A DNA stretch of 64,000 bases from Podarcis muralis. Its lineage: Eukaryota. Where the stretch lies: the NCBI RefSeq assembly GCF_964188315.1, contig NC_135655.1:59148001-59212000 (forward strand), in the 5' to 3' direction. Positions 20,383-34,191 of the stretch are shown here, piece by piece; position 1 is the stretch's first letter; each line of letters starts with the position of its first letter. The translations under genes were made by a program, and so were the position numbers. Under the pieces are notes generated by a model. That model was not told the origin of the DNA and searched no databases. It saw nothing but the letters and a program-made list of their open reading frames with translations.

Positions 20383-23300
20383 AGACATTCCCAGAACATT
20401 CATTCCCTAGGCCCCTGCTTCCTGCAGTACGCTTCTGTTATGTATTGGTGCTTATATAACAGCACTTGGAGATAAATGTTAATGGTGCAATCGTTTCTGC
20501 TAATTGGAAAACCTGGTTCCAGATATCCAGTTGGTTTATAATTTTTGTAAAATGTCTCTCTTTTATTTTTTCTCATTTAACAACTAACATTCAAACTATC
20601 CTAAGCTTTTTAGTGTCACCTTCTACCTCTGTTACCTAAAAAGTGGATTCCAAAACATAGTGATTTTCTCTAAAGAAGGTAGGACCTTCAGGCTATTTTT
20701 ACCTAGAATCTTTGGCAAATGTAGAATCTCCCGTGTCTGACCTTTCCCATACGGCCTCTTCCAACGTACTGTATTTTCTCTTTTAGTTTTAGAGTTTCAG
20801 ACTTCCTTCTGTTCTCATCTCAAACATTCTGATGACAGGTTGAATAACTCGGTAGGCTTCTCAGGAGACTGGAGGAAAAAAGAACCTCATTTCTTTGAGC
20901 TGCAAAGGTCACTTTCCAGTCCTAACCTGTGGAGGGTTCAGTGCAAGAAAAGTGTCCAGGAAGAACTGAATCTTCACATTTCTGCACAAGGAAGAAAAAC
21001 GTGATAATGGAAGGGAAAAAAATTGACCCTGCAAAGCAAGGTTTTTTTTGTGGGTTGGGTTGGGACAAAAGTTATAGTCTGAATGTCACAGCATTCAAAC
21101 CCTTTGAGTTGCTATAAGTGCTTGAAATAGTAAAAGAGCCAGATTTAATGCAGCCAGACAGGGGATTTGGGCATACATTTCCAACTTAACTTCTCTTAAG
21201 ATACCTTATAATATGCTCTAATTATCCTACATGGGAAATGGGGAAAACAGCACTTCTAAGGTTACTCCTGTCCTTTTAAGTGTTGCACATGCAGTTCCTT
21301 CTCTTCCACTCTTTGTTCATCTTAATGACATCATAACCACCTCACAATCTGGACCACACATCCCTAGTGATTATGGCCCATGAATTTGATGGGTGGAGTT
21401 GCAGGAGCTCTAGCTGTATCCTTTGCAGGCAGATTCCTTTCCCAGGACTCTTCCGTTTTCCTTTCCTCACACCTGCAATTCTGCTTCTCCCCCCTCATGT
21501 CCTGTGAGTGCCTACCGATCCTTTCTTCCTATGCCAAGTCTTTTTCCTTACAGAATTTAAGGCACTGCAAGAGGCAGTGTACAGAGCATCCCTCTTAACA
21601 ATGCAGTGGTATTTGAAGCAAGAGCAGCAGGTTATTTTTTTGTATCTGTTATGAATATTTAGGTTGAACTATTCATAAAGGTCTTATGAATTGGTGTACT
21701 ATGGATCATTTTTTTTGAAACTAGATTTATGAATAGAAGTATCTGTTTCAGTCCAGTTCATGGAAGTTGTTATAGTGATCCCCTGTTCTGCCCTCTCAAG
21801 CAATTCTGAGTGTGTATTTTGCCACCTACAATAATTAAACAATTTAGATTGAGCAGCCACCTTCAAAAAATGAGACATTTGTGAAACAAACAAATGGATC
21901 ACATAAGTGGGTTAGTATTTCATTATCAGCTATTAAGACATTGTTTTCATTTTGTTCAACGGTAAAAACAACACACTTCTGGCTTCCTCAGCATTCCAAA
22001 CCTCAGTTGCACTAAATGAGCACAACAAATGCAATAGAATGAAAGCATTATTACTGTTTGCCTGGCAATTCTCATGTCAGCTTTGGCACATTTCTCTGTA
22101 GGTTGCATTTCTCCTCCCTTCTCTTTGCTAGTTTTGTTTCTGGAATGCAGCGCTCATTACAGTTTCTAGTATGACAGGTCTGAAATCCTCTAACAGGCTT
22201 CAGCGGTGAAGGCTTTATCATGCTGCTTCCTAAATATTGGCTGTTAAGTGCTCTGTGTGAGTCAGAATGGCTGAACTCTCTTTTTCCAGGACAAGTGTGC
22301 TACTTAGATGACAAAAATTGCATTGCCCTGTGCTGGTACTGGCTGAGGCAGGTGGGACTTGAGGTGAGGCCCAAGCAATGGTGTCAGAACAGGAAGCGCA
22401 CAGTACAAAGATAAGAATATTGATGGGCCCCAGCCACTGTGGCCAATACTTAGGGATGACAGGAGTTATGATGGCCATGGATTCCAAATCCCTGACGTAG
22501 CAGGTAACAAAAGCCGTCAATAAGTACCAGGCTGATGTTGGATCTGCAGGACCTAGGATAGCACCCAGGTTATAAAGAGTCAATACCCTACCTCTTGACT
22601 GTAAACTAGGAGGTTCTTTAAGGGAACGAGTCCTTGCAATTTGGTTTTGGAGCAATATTTTTTAGCTAGTACATGCATCTGCAGAAAATGACAAAGATAT
22701 CTCTTCCCACCCCCACCAGTATTCTATCCTCAACTGAACTCTCTTCCCACAAAGTGATTTTTTGCATTTTTGAGACCCTTGCAATGTGATAATTGCAGTT
22801 TCCAGTATGCAAGCATTTTGTTGCTTTTGAGTGAATAATGTTATGGCCGCAACTCAAAGTAAAATAAACAAAAGTATTTCATACCACTGATTAAGTGGAA
22901 GATGTTTAACTCTTAAGTCTCCCATGGAAATCAATGAGACTTCAAAGTGCTGAATTTTGGTTGGACTGCACCCCATATATATTAAAACCTTTAATTACAC
23001 TTTCAAAGTCACTGGTGAAATTTAATCTTTCAGACTAACAGATTGTGGTCTTTGACATAGGTTGGGTTCTTTTAGAAGATAAATTATGAGCAAAAGCAGC
23101 TATTTTCCCTTGTGCATATATAGATAATTTGTGATAATTCAGGAAAGCTGCACCCCTGCATGAGATCACATAATTTGCTTTGAAGTGCTGAGTTCACTTT
23201 TATTTTATTTTTTTAAAAATGATTAAATGGGGTACTCTTTTTCCAAGGTCTTCCTTTTGTGATATTTTTAAAGATCATTGTTAAATGTGTAGCCTCGTAG

Positions 23301-23493
23301 AATAATAACCAGGTGATCCTTTCCCTGATTTTAGGGTTTTGAAGTGTGTGTCATCAATCACTCTGTAAATGTGTTTGGAACATGTATTGTGTTATGATAA
23401 ATGATGCTGTTCTAGGGGAACAGAAGATCAAGGAAGGCTTGTAACCTGGTTTCTATTTTGTGAAATTGCAAACAAAAAGGATAGGGTGACTAG

Positions 23494-23557
23494 GCTTTTC
23501 TAGGCTTGCAAGCACACCACTTGCTTTTCTAGGCTTGCAAGCACACCACTTGCTTTT
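23494..23557. repeat. Perfect 29-bp tandem duplication (2.2 copies)
   Basis: GCTTTTCTAGGCTTGCAAGCACACCACTT starting at 23494 and 23523. Confidence 0.95.
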
Positions 23558-26039
23558 ATATTATAGCAGAATCACAAAGTACTTAGTGTGGTGTAGTCCC
23601 AAAAATGTGAGTGAAAATACACCAGCGTAAGCAATCTGTGAATCATTTGAATTCCCTTAGTTGATTGGGGTGTAATAATTAAACTGTTTTATTGATTTTC
23701 GCTTATGGTGCTTCACGGCCCATCCTATTTACATCTAGCCATAAATAGACCTAACATATACATACATTTTGCCTCATTCCCGCATTGCTTTTTTCCACTC
23801 TGCCATAATAATACATTAAGTTAAAAGCAGCAACTTTAATCTTTATTTCTGAAAATGCATTTAAATAGCTCCCAAGAGAAAAATAGCAATCTCTCTATCT
23901 TCAAAATGTCTAGGGAATTTACCTCTAAACTTTAGAGCATGATTTGGAGGCTGACTAAAATGAAGTTCTGAAAGTGTTTACTAGGCACCTGAGATGGCTT
24001 AGGAGACCAAATCTTCCATGATTTCATGCTACACTTTTCTTTTCCTGTTGGTAGTTTTTTTTCCTTTGTAGGGCAATTTTTGCTAAAGTTATGCGTCTGT
24101 TGCACTTACCCGGTATAACAAACCACTAAGAGTTCTTCCAGATATATTTTTTAACAATAATACTGTTATCATCGCATCACCTCAGAAAATATAGCAAGAA
24201 GTATCACAGGCAGAGCTTTAGAGCAGGAGTTGTGGGCTGGATCTTTGCTTCCTCCACTCTTCCTATAGGCTAATTTTGACAGGTGGGTGAGGCTGACCAC
24301 CTGTCAATCACTTGATGTCATTATGAGGTCAGATGATAACTAACCATTTGTATTTGCACAAACTTTTACATTCACAGATGTGGCTGACTGATTAAACTGT
24401 TCAGGAGGACTGGGCAATATGCTCATACTCTTGTTTTTCATTTCTGGGTTACTGTGAATGGTATGTTGCACAAGGATTTATAGAACCAGTCATGAAGATC
24501 AGGTTGGCTCTATTAGTATTACCACTAATACTAATAATACTACAGGATGATCAGTGAATTACATGCTATATTAATGAATATTCATGTATTACCTTGTAAT
24601 TTATTGTAGTTTCAGGAGTTTCCACCCCTGATGATAGTTTTCTAACACTTGCCTTGTATTTTCTCACAAACATGGGTACTTTCGGTGTCTTTTGGTACTT
24701 TTGATGTCTTTTGGAAGCATAGGGGTGGTTCCTGTTTGATTGGTATTTGCCTTAGTGTTTTCTTGTTCTGCCTGCCCTAGGTTTTTTCAGTCTATATTTG
24801 GGCAGGGGAGCAACAAGTGATAAGCCAGGAAGCCTATTTTTGCTGCCTTACTTTATTCTGTTGCCTGAGGTCTAGTAGTCTTAAGTCTTGTACTAGTTTC
24901 CCCCTTGTCCCAGGAAAAGGCAACAGTATCAGCCTGTGTTGATAATACTACCTTCCTCTCCCTTGAGCAGGTGGTTTGTGAACCATAGAGTGGAGACTCC
25001 TGGGACATGGAAGGCCAAAAAGGGATGAGCATCTCTTCTGTGACTGGCAGCTTATGCCTCTTAATGAACTGGATCCCTTGATTTGCTGTGGCTGGATGGG
25101 CGTTAAAGATGTCGAGCAAAGGAGAAAGAAGATTAAAAGATAAAACCAAGGCTCTTTTTTTACATGTGAGCTTCTGTCATGAAAATTGTGATAATTAGAT
25201 TTTATTATATTGGAACCAACAGCATCCAAAATAACATAAAAATGCTCTTCCTGAGCCCCCCTGCAGACTGTCTCCAGCTATTTTAGATCAACGTAACCTC
25301 TAATGGATATAGGAAGTAATCAATACTCTTTTAAAGACATTTAGATTAGAGCACATAAAATATTTATTCCCTGCATTTGTCACTTTAAATATATATATTT
25401 TATATTCTTTATGCATTATTGAAAGGTGCTTATCTTATTAAATTAGTTAAAATGTTGATTTTTATATTACTCTGAGATAAAACCTAAAATTAATTTGTCC
25501 AAATATTGTTGTGTAATATTGTTGTTGTACTATGAAAGAGGAAATCTGATCCATTAAGTCTGAAGTTCTAGCAAGCTAATGACCTACTGAGTGCTTTATA
25601 CAGTAACTTATTTTATACAGAACTTCCAGCCAGTTTCAGGAGGGAAGTGCTGTTTATAAGCATGCTTACAAATTAGCCAAGTGTTAGCAGATTTGAAAGT
25701 CCATTGCTTGTCTCTAGCATTGAGGATGATCTACCAAAGCGAGTTTGTGGCAAGAGTGACAGTCTGGTATTTTTAAAAAGTCTCTCCCAACCCTCTGCAG
25801 TAGACTTTGTGATGGCATCTGGGACGGAAGTTGGGGTGGAGAGGAGGGAGAAGTCATATAGTGTAAGCAAAAGTCTGTTCTGCTAGTGGATGGGCACAAC
25901 TGGATGGCACTATTCTTCAGTGACACTGGAGGGGGAGCACTCCAAACAAGCTTATGCTTTCTTAAAATCCCCATAGAAGGTGCAGAAGTAGGTAAAGAGG
26001 TGTCGTCCAGATGTTGCCGAAATCCGACTTCAGTAAGCC

Positions 26040-26123
26040 CCAGCAGGCATGGTGCATAGCCAAGGATGATGGGAATTGGAGTCCGATAGCACCTGAAGGA
26101 TATCATGTTGGCAACCCCTGACA
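26040..26123. mobile_element. Half of a palindromic hAT-type MITE (GGACT(A/C)CAACTCCCATC family)
   Basis: GGATGATGGGAATTGGAGTCC...GGTTGGCAACCCCTG-like right end; related to 29479-29616 and 42292-42427. Confidence 0.55.
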
Positions 26124-27349
26124 CAGGGGATTTAGTTTTCAGTCTCAGGCAAAAAAATTAATTAGATGTGAATCCCTGTGAAATTTAATGTCATCAGCCA
26201 GCATTTACCACAGTAGTTACGACAGAGAAATTATTTTCTAACCTCTGTGCCTAGTGGAGATTCTCTATACTAAATGTTGCAAATACAGACATTTGCATGG
26301 AAGATGAATAATGATTTGGTTTAAAAATAAAATTCAATATATAAAGGCACACTTCTGTTGAAATTCATGAAGCTTTTCATATTTATTGTGTTATACTGCA
26401 GCATGCATTGTTACACTGCAGCAAACATGAAGAGAAAGTGGACAGATTATCTGAACAAAGCAGATATGTAGAATAGTTGATCCAGAATGCAATCAGTTGA
26501 GTAAGCATTGCAGTAACACAAAACTGACTTCTAAAACAATTTCACATATTTCAAGAGCTGTTTAAATTTTGCTTCTTACCCCTATTGTCAGGAGAATAAT
26601 GTTTCGGTGCAATTGTCTGTCCCCCATGCAGAATCTCAGCTATCTGCCTCCAGCTTCTGATACTATTATGCAAGCATTAATGCTACTGGCAAGATAGTGG
26701 CACTCATGGAGATTCAGAATCCCATTAAGGGGCTGCATACCATGAACCATGAAATATCAGGACAGAGGTTGAGAAAATCTGTTCACCTTCACTCTTTTTA
26801 TTTATTTTCTAGCTAAAGATTACCCTGCTGGTTAAATACATGGGGGAAAGTGGCCTTTATGAAGTTCAGGATGAAAATAACTCAAATGCTATAAAATTCC
26901 AGGTCTTTTCTAGTCTTTTTCTGTAATTATGATTATTATTTTTGGGGGTGGCGGGGGGGGGGGGAGACTCAGAATCAGAATAGCTTTCATTCTGTGTTAG
27001 TGCCGTCTCATCCCAAGCTACGGAGACCTATGCATGCATAATTGGAGCTGGAACTGAAAATATAAATTAGAATGCTATTCCTGCATTGCTTTCAATGGGG
27101 TGTGCAATGAAGCACGTGTTTTAACTATGCATCCCCATCCACATTTTGGGATAATTAATAATCATGCTTATATTACCTTTAAAAAGTTAAACTAGAGCTG
27201 GATCAAGCATCTGCTTTTATTTTCTCTCTCCACATGTTTTCATTCTCTTAGTCAATTATCTCTGTCATTCCTGATTCAGTTAGCAGATGCTGTTTGCCTT
27301 TAGCTGTGATAAGAAACTGCAACAACTTGTAATTGTTGGGAATACTATA

Positions 27350-27580
27350 CAGTGGTACCTCGGGTTAAGAACTTAATTCGTTCTGGAGGTCCATTCTTAA
27401 CCTGAAACTGTTCTTAACCTGAGGTATCACTTTAGCTAATTGGGTCTCCTGCTGCCACCGTGCGATTTCTGTTCTCATCCTGAGGTAAAGTTCTTAACCC
27501 CAGGTACTATTTCTGGGTTAGCAGAGTCTGTAACCTGAAGCATCTGTAACCTGAAGCGTCTGTAACCCGAGGTACCACTA
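27350..27580 (+). mobile_element. Tc1/mariner MITE, intact
   Basis: TIR CAGTGGTACCTCGGGTT / AACCCGAGGTACCACTA; TA TSD (27348-27349, 27581-27582). Confidence 0.93.
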
Positions 27581-28193
27581 TATCTCCATTCAGTGCTTTC
27601 TTGGGAGGTTCTGGGGTGCCAGTTCCTCCTAGGAACAGAATTTTGTCTGTTTCCTCTTAAAGTGGTGTGTGCTTTCAAGAGTCATTTTCCTTTTGTTACG
27701 ACTGAATATATCTTTGCTAAGGAATATCACAGTACTCCTAGGGTTTAGGTTAATTGACCTCTCTATCTTTTGTGAAATTTACTACCAGTTCTCTGCAGTT
27801 TGGTATATTTCAGATTCGTTTCTCTTTCCTCGCCTCCTGCCCACCCCAGCTCCCCACCCCACCGTATACTTTTCCTGTGAACATACTCAGCCAGTTGCTT
27901 GTCTGTCAGGTTTCTCTCTCATCTACATGAGAAACTGCAGGCAGAATCTTCCTCCAGGATCAATCTCTGCTTTCATGAATAAGCCTTGACGTAAATCTTG
28001 TCACAGAGAAAATAATGAAAAAGTGATAGAAGCCTTCAGACTGGTTGCCAGTAAGCCTTAGCATTCCCCCCCCCCCCTAGCCAAGGCAGTAATTTTTCCA
28101 CATTAGTTTGAATGTAAGGAGAAAACCAGAGTTAAGGATGGATTTGAAAATAAAGAACACAAGTTACCAAGTGCCTTAATGTTAGTATTTCAA

Positions 28194-28515
28194 TAAGAAC
28201 TTAAGAGGAGCCTTCTGGATCTAGCCAGTGGGCCATCTAGTTCAGTATTCTGTCCTTACAGTGGCCAAACTGTAGGAAGCCTGCAAGTGGGACCTGAGCA
28301 TAAGCGCTCTCACCCCACCCTGTGATTTCTAGCAACTGGTGTCCAGAAGCATTACTCTCAATTACCCTCCAATTGTGAAGTCAGAGCATGGCTGTCAGGG
28401 CCAGTACCCATTGATTGTCTTTTCCTCTGTGAATTTATCCAATCCTATTTTAAAGCCATCCAAATTGGTGGCCATCACTGCCTTCTGTAGGAGCCAGTTC
28501 CATAGTTTAATCATG
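28194..28515 (-). mobile_element. CR1 LINE 3' end
   Basis: TAAGAAC.TAAGAGGAGCC..CTGGATC..GCCA.TGG.CCATCTAG..CAG.AT.CTGT..T.ACAGTGGCCAA and TTAAAGCCATCCAAATTGGTGGCCATCACTGCC, typical reverse-complemented squamate CR1 3' sequence (from recall). Confidence 0.75.
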
Positions 28516-29149
28516 GTACACAGCAGTACATGATGTTGCTAATAAGCTTTCTTATTAGAAAATGTATGTTAAATTACTAGTTGAATTACCATATTATCTT
28601 GACTTTCAGAAGACCAGTGAACAACTAAATAATAATATTTTTTAAAAATTATTTATTTATACCCCACCCTAGCCACTCTGGGTGGCTTACAGCATATATA
28701 AAACATAGTAAAATATGCTGCAAAAACATGACCTGCCACCCAAAATGGTAGCATGCGTAGTGCTTTTGGTGCTAATGCATGGTCTGTGGGCTCCTTTGCT
28801 GGGTTCTGACTCAATTAGTGATAATAGCAGGCAGCATGAACTCTGCCACCTCTTAAAATTTCTCACAGTGCTCCAGTGCAACACTGTTGGTGCATTGTGG
28901 GTAGTTAAAATTGCAGCTGGCTGACAGCATTCCTGTGCTGCTTCCAACCACTGCTGGTAATCTTCTCAAGGGGCACTGATGTCAAAAGGGATCTACCTGA
29001 TGGCATTTTGTCAGGGCCCATTTCACTGTCCTTGTGTTTCCTGATGCTCTGCTCCTTATCACTTGCTGCTGTGGGTGGGGATGCTGAAACAGACCACATA
29101 ATGACATCTCATTATGTGAGACATCTCATTATGCCCATCCTCAAACCGC

Positions 29150-29470
29150 ACAACTTCAATAAAGCCACAAAACTGCAATAAACAACAGTGATGAAAGTTT
29201 ATAAAACCACAACACCAAACCAACAAAATCCATGTTCCGAATGCCTGGGCAGACAGCAGTGTATCAAGCCTTTGCTTGGGGATGTCAGCTATGGGGAAGA
29301 CCAAATGTCACCTAGGTAGGAGTTCCATAGACCAGGGACTGAGAATGCCCTGTCTCATGTCACCATTCTTCTTGCTTCTGATGCGGGTGAGATAATGAGT
29401 AGGGCATCTTCTGCCATTTATAATTTCTGGATCATTGGAAGTGGAGAGGACTACTTGTTGAACCCAAGTT
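29150..29470 (-). mobile_element. Degenerate L2 LINE 3' fragment
   Basis: A/C-rich reverse tail followed by AATGCCTGGG...GGAGTTCCATAG...GAGAATGCCCTG, the reverse of the RAFS/LWN.LP/QAF-coding L2 end. Confidence 0.45.
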
Positions 29471-29478
29471 GTTTAAGG

Positions 29479-29616
29479 CAGGGATGTGAAACCAGTAGCC
29501 CTCCAGATGAAGTTGGACTCCAACTCCCATCAGTCACATTCAGTATAGTCAGTGGTGACAGATAATGGGAGTTGCAATCCAGCAACTTCTGGTGGGCCAG
29601 AGGTTTTCCATCCCTG
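29479..29616 (+). mobile_element. Palindromic hAT MITE
   Basis: Ends CAGGGATG / CATCCCTG; internal arms GGACTCCAACTCCCATC / ATAATGGGAGTTGCAATCC; putative TSD GTTTAAGG / GTTTAGGA (6/8). Confidence 0.8.
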
Positions 29617-30616
29617 GTTTAGGACTTTGTGCTAATAGCACCCTCAGTTTCTGTTTAGCCAGTGGGCCAAACTTTTCTTAAAATGCCAATATAGAGTTGG
29701 CAACAGAAGCTACTGCTGTTTGGCACTTATACAGATTTCTGATGTATAATGATGTACTTTCTAGCTTTCAGGAAGCATAATTTGAAGCCAACACTTGACA
29801 AAAATCTCTGGAGGTACAGCTAACAGACCCCCTTGGAAACAAGACTTCTTGCTTCATTTCCTCTCTGCTACAAATTGAATAGAACACAAGTGCAGCACGC
29901 CATTTTTGTCTGTCATGTTGGAGAACATTTCTTCCACTGTCTGATTTTGTTTTTATCCCTCCTGCCTAAAATTGTTTCATGGGAAGGGAAAACAGGTTTC
30001 TGCTCTTAAATGTCAAAAGCCACCCTGACAGAAAGGTTAAACTTAGGAATTAGAGAAAGGGAAAGAGACGTGATGTTTCTTTTTTATTACTTCATTGATT
30101 TTGATTTGTAGACCCAGACAAAGGCTTAGGGTGCATAACAACATGCTAAAGCCATAAAAGTCATTGCAGTTATTAAGCATTTTCCTCCATTTTCAGACTT
30201 CAAACACCATTTAAATTATAATCTCTTAGCTTTGAGGGGATTCTCAGGCACAGATGAAGAAGGCAATTGCTGAGAGCCTATTTTAGTCTTAACACTACAC
30301 CAAGAGTAGTCTTGAGAGTGTTCCCAGTTGATCATAGAGGTCATGATGGAACTTCAAGGTGGATGCAACTGCTTCTTCTGAGCCTGCTTATTCATAAAGC
30401 AATTGTCCACCTCCCCACCTTAATTTTTGGAAGTAGAGGAGGACTGTGTTTGTGTTTTTCCTCCACTTAGTCTGTTGCTTCTACAAGGGAGCTGTTGATT
30501 GCTCTATCTCAGGGAGGGGAACCTGCAGCTTTTCAGATGTTGCTGGACTCCAACTCCCATCAGCCCCCAGCCAGCATAGCTAGTAGTAAGGTTAATGGAG
30601 CCATAGTTATATACAT

Positions 30617-30981
30617 AGGGACACGGGTGGCGCTGTGGGTAAAAGCCTCAGCGCCTAGGGCTTGCCGATAGAAAGGTCGGCGGTTTGAATCCCCGCGGCG
30701 GGGTGCGCTCCCATTGCTCGGTCCCAGCGCCTGCCAACCTAGCAGTTCGAAAGCACCCCCAGGTGCAAGTAGATAAATAGGGACCGCTTACTGGCAGGAA
30801 GGTAAACGGCGTTTCCGTGTGCTGCGCTGGCTCGCCAGATGCAGCTTTGTCACGCTGGCCACGTGACCCGGAAGTGTCTCTGGACAGCACTGGCCCCTGG
30901 CCTCTTGAGTGAGATGGGCGCACAACCCCAGAGTCTGTCAAGACTGGCCCGTACGGGCAGGGGTACCTTTACCTTTACCTT
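30617..30981 (+). mobile_element. Sauria SINE, CpG-rich distinct subfamily
   Basis: GGGACACGGGTGGCGCTGTGGG head, (ACCTTT)3 tail; 13-bp TSD TAGTTATATACAT at 30604-30616 and 30982-30994. Confidence 0.95.
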
Positions 30982-31061
30982 TAGTTATATACATGGATGA
31001 CTTTAGGTTCCTCATCTCTGCTCCATCTGCTCAATAGTCTGGATATAGTAGCATTAAAGTA

Positions 31062-31260
31062 GTATACTGCCCACCTGAACATCACAGGGTGGTTCACAAC
31101 ATAAAAATACAAAATGAGAATACAAAACAGACAATAAAACAAAAACCAATACCATCCCCACTTTCCACAAACACATTTAAAAAGCCATAGAGTCTGCTTA
31201 TAGGGAAATGTTTTTGCCTGGCACCTAAAGATATGTGATGAATGTGTCAGGTGAGCCTCT
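31062..31260 (-). mobile_element. L2 LINE 3' end
   Basis: Reverse-complement similarity to 33940-34190 (TGTTTTTGCCTGGCACCT; CACATTTAAAAAG; GTATACTGCCC). Confidence 0.7.
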
Positions 31261-33481
31261 GATGATGTGAAGCTCTATTTCTCCATAACATCTGAATCAG
31301 GAGATGTTGTGAAAGTTCTGGAACAAGATCTGAATGCAGTGGGTGGAGTGAATGAGGGCTGACTGAATTCTGGGAAGATGGAGATACTTGCAATGGAATG
31401 AAAGTAGTTCAATTGCTGAATGTGGGAGGCTGTGGGTCTTACATAGTAAATATTAATTGCTTAAAGGAAAGCACTGGATGTTTTAATGCTTCAAACTCAC
31501 AAATCTGATCTAAGAAAGTAAAAAAAAAAAAGGGGGGACAGGACAAAATATGTGGTCTAAGGTTTCCATTTTGCTACAGCTAGTGAGAAGCTGAAGGTTT
31601 TCTTGGTTTCTCTGCATTCTTTGTGTATTTTAAGGAGTCTATGATCTTGAACTAGAAGAAATATGGTTTTCTAGATTTAAGCTCCACAACATTCAAAAGA
31701 GGTGAGAACTTAAAAATTAACCCAGGTTCAGATGACACACTAAGCCAAACCTTGGTTTAGTTCAGTGCAGTATGGGAGCAAAACAGGCTAGGGAGGAGTA
31801 AAGTGGCTGCCAGCTGCTCTCTGGAAGACCCCACATTTGTATGGTCCTGGTAAACAATGCTTGGTTTGTCATTTTGTGTGAGCCCAGGGCCATTGTAAAC
31901 TTTGATTAGTCCTTTAAAAAGTATTATTTCACTGACTTGTACGATTTTTATTTTTATCCAGACACTTTCTTCGGGCATAGAATGAAGTTGTCTTTGCAAG
32001 GGATATTTGCAGTCTGTCACTTCTTCATTCTACTTGGCACATAAGCTGAAATGAACACTAGCTGACAGGCAACTGATCTGTGCTAGAAAGTGAAAATGAC
32101 AAAGGCAGCAATCCTCTGCCCAGTTAGCGCTTCCCTGTTCCTTTTGAAGTCAGTAGGACAGAGCAAATAATGTTGGGTGAACCAATACACTATCCTATTT
32201 CAATATATAATATATATGGATTTATTTTTCTCATAGCAGATTTTATCTTGGGAATAATTCGCAGGAATCGTGTTTTAGGTACATTCATTTGCTCTTATTG
32301 TGTTGGGAAAGATCCATTTCCTATATCAGTGGTGGAATTAAAACATGTAAGGATTTCAAAGATCATGGCAACATTTTCTAAGAGTCTTGGTGGATGTGGC
32401 TCAAGTCTTTTGAGACAGACATTTGGCAAACTGGTGGCTTTCACAACTTAGTAAATCTTCTGTTGATGTCTACTTAATGCAATGTTTTATCACACTTAAT
32501 TGAACCCTTATACATTTATTTGTAGTAACAACAGCCTCTGTTTTATTGTGGGGGAGGAATTCAGAGGGGGTATGTGTTATGGGTATTACGCCATGGGTAT
32601 TATCAGTGACACCATAATATTCCAGTATGCATCACACTTTGGGGAGCTAATTTTGGCTTTCCACGGCTACTGTTTGAAGCATTGCAAGGACAGTTTGCCC
32701 TGAGACCATCACAGCAGAACAGGAAAAAGTGAAAATGTGTACAATGACAGTACTAATAGACTGCTTCAAGGTCCCTGAGAAGTTAATGTGTGCACACCTC
32801 ATCTGAAGTCCATTTTGAATTAGCCTTAACTTTGTTCCAGGTTATGCCCACACTTTTTAATGCAAAGGCTATATTAATATAACACTTTAAAAAAATTTAA
32901 AATAAAACCCTGAAAAATGTTGAGGCTGCAACTATGTGTCCAGTTCCTTTTTACTTAGGAACATATCACTGGCTGCAGAACTGCAACTTTGGGGTGCAGT
33001 TCAATAAGATTCCATCTACATCACAAAATAATGTTAAACCACCTTAAGACCCATGAGCTCCATGATTGAAATCTGGGAATGGCGGAGGTATTGGCAGTTC
33101 TGATTGAGACCCTTTTCTACTTTTGCTCTAGAATTGGGGAACCCTTCAGTGTACATTTCTGGGGTTGTGTGGTGGGGGCTTCGGAAATGGAAGCTGAACT
33201 ATGCAGGTGGAACATTGTATGCAACCCTTCATCTCTGTCTACTCAGTCTGGATAAATCCTAAACTTACGCTTTGTGTTATTTTACCAAGTTAATCCCTGC
33301 TATTCCATTAAGTTACAAATGTATGAATAATGCCATTGCTAAAAAGCTTTATGAATTCAGTTTTTCTAGTTCCCCAATAGTTTAGCCTCTATTATGCTAT
33401 TGAAAGGCCTATCAACTTACGATACCTGTAACAAATTCTCCATCTAGTGCCTTTTCGACTTTGCTAACTTTTCATGTTTAG

Positions 33482-34190
33482 CATCCAGGCCCAATTCAAA
33501 GTGCTGGTTTTGACCTATAAAGCCTTAAAGGGCTCGGAACCACAATACCTCAAGGATTGCCTCCTCCCATACGAACCTACTTGGACCCTGAGATCATCCT
33601 GAGAGCCAGTGTGGTGTAGTGGTTAAGAGTGGTAGACTCGTAATCTGGGGAACCGGGTTTGCTTCCCCGCTCCTCCACATGCAGCTGCTGGGTGACCTTG
33701 GCCCAGTCACACTTCTTTGAAGTCTCTCAGCCTCACTCACCTCACAGAGTGTTTGTTGTGGGGGAGGAAGGGAAAGGAGAATGTTAGCTGCTTTGAGACT
33801 CCTTAAAGGGAGTGAAAGGCGGGATATCAAATCCAAACTTTTCTTCTTCTTCTTCTTCTTCATCCTCTGAGGCAGGCCCTTCTTTGTGTGCCTCCTCCAT
33901 GAGAACGGGCCTTTTTTTTGCAGTGGCTCACCATTTGTGGAATGCTCTCCCCAGGGATGTTCGCCTGGCACCTTCATTATACAACTTTACCAGGCACCAG
34001 GCAAAAATGTTCCTCTTTAACCAGGCCTTTGGTTGACTGACATTCAATGCCCTTTTAAAATGTGTGGGTTTTTTTTTTTGGGGGGGGGGGTGTTACTGGG
34101 CTGTTCTTGTTTTGATTATGTATTCTGTGTTTTTATATTGTGATTTTATCTTGTGAACTGCCCTGAGACCTGTGAGTATAGGGCAGCATA
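33482..34190 (+). mobile_element. L2 LINE 3' fragment (ORF2 C-terminus and 3' UTR), interrupted by a SINE
   Basis: IQAQFKVLVLTYKALKGSEPQYLKDCLLPYEPTWTLRSS [SINE] SEA...AVAHHLWNALPRDVRLAPSLYNF...FLFNQAFG*, a typical L2 ORF2 end, followed by a UTR ending GTGAACTGCCCTGAG...TATAGGGCAG. Confidence 0.88.
33601..33859 (+). mobile_element. MIR/Ther1-derived squamate SINE (Squam3-like) with (TTC)n tail
   Basis: GAGAGCCAGTGTGGTGTAGTGGTTAAGAG head, GGGTGACCTTGGCCCAGTCAC core, (TTC)n tail; 7-bp TSD TCATCCT. Confidence 0.92.
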
Positions 34191-34191
34191 C

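Noticed and set aside
23725-23748. CTATTTA-N10-TAAATAG inverted repeat, MEF2-like
   Set aside because: Neither half fits YTA(W)4TAR fully, and 7-bp AT-rich inverted repeats are common.
25714-26124. 136-aa minus-strand ORF
   Set aside because: Its start overlaps a palindromic MITE remnant, and the rest has no recognisable motif.
31260-31300. TGATGA...CTGA as a C/D box snoRNA
   Set aside because: The boxes are only ~30 nt apart with no terminal stem, and it abuts an L2 fragment.
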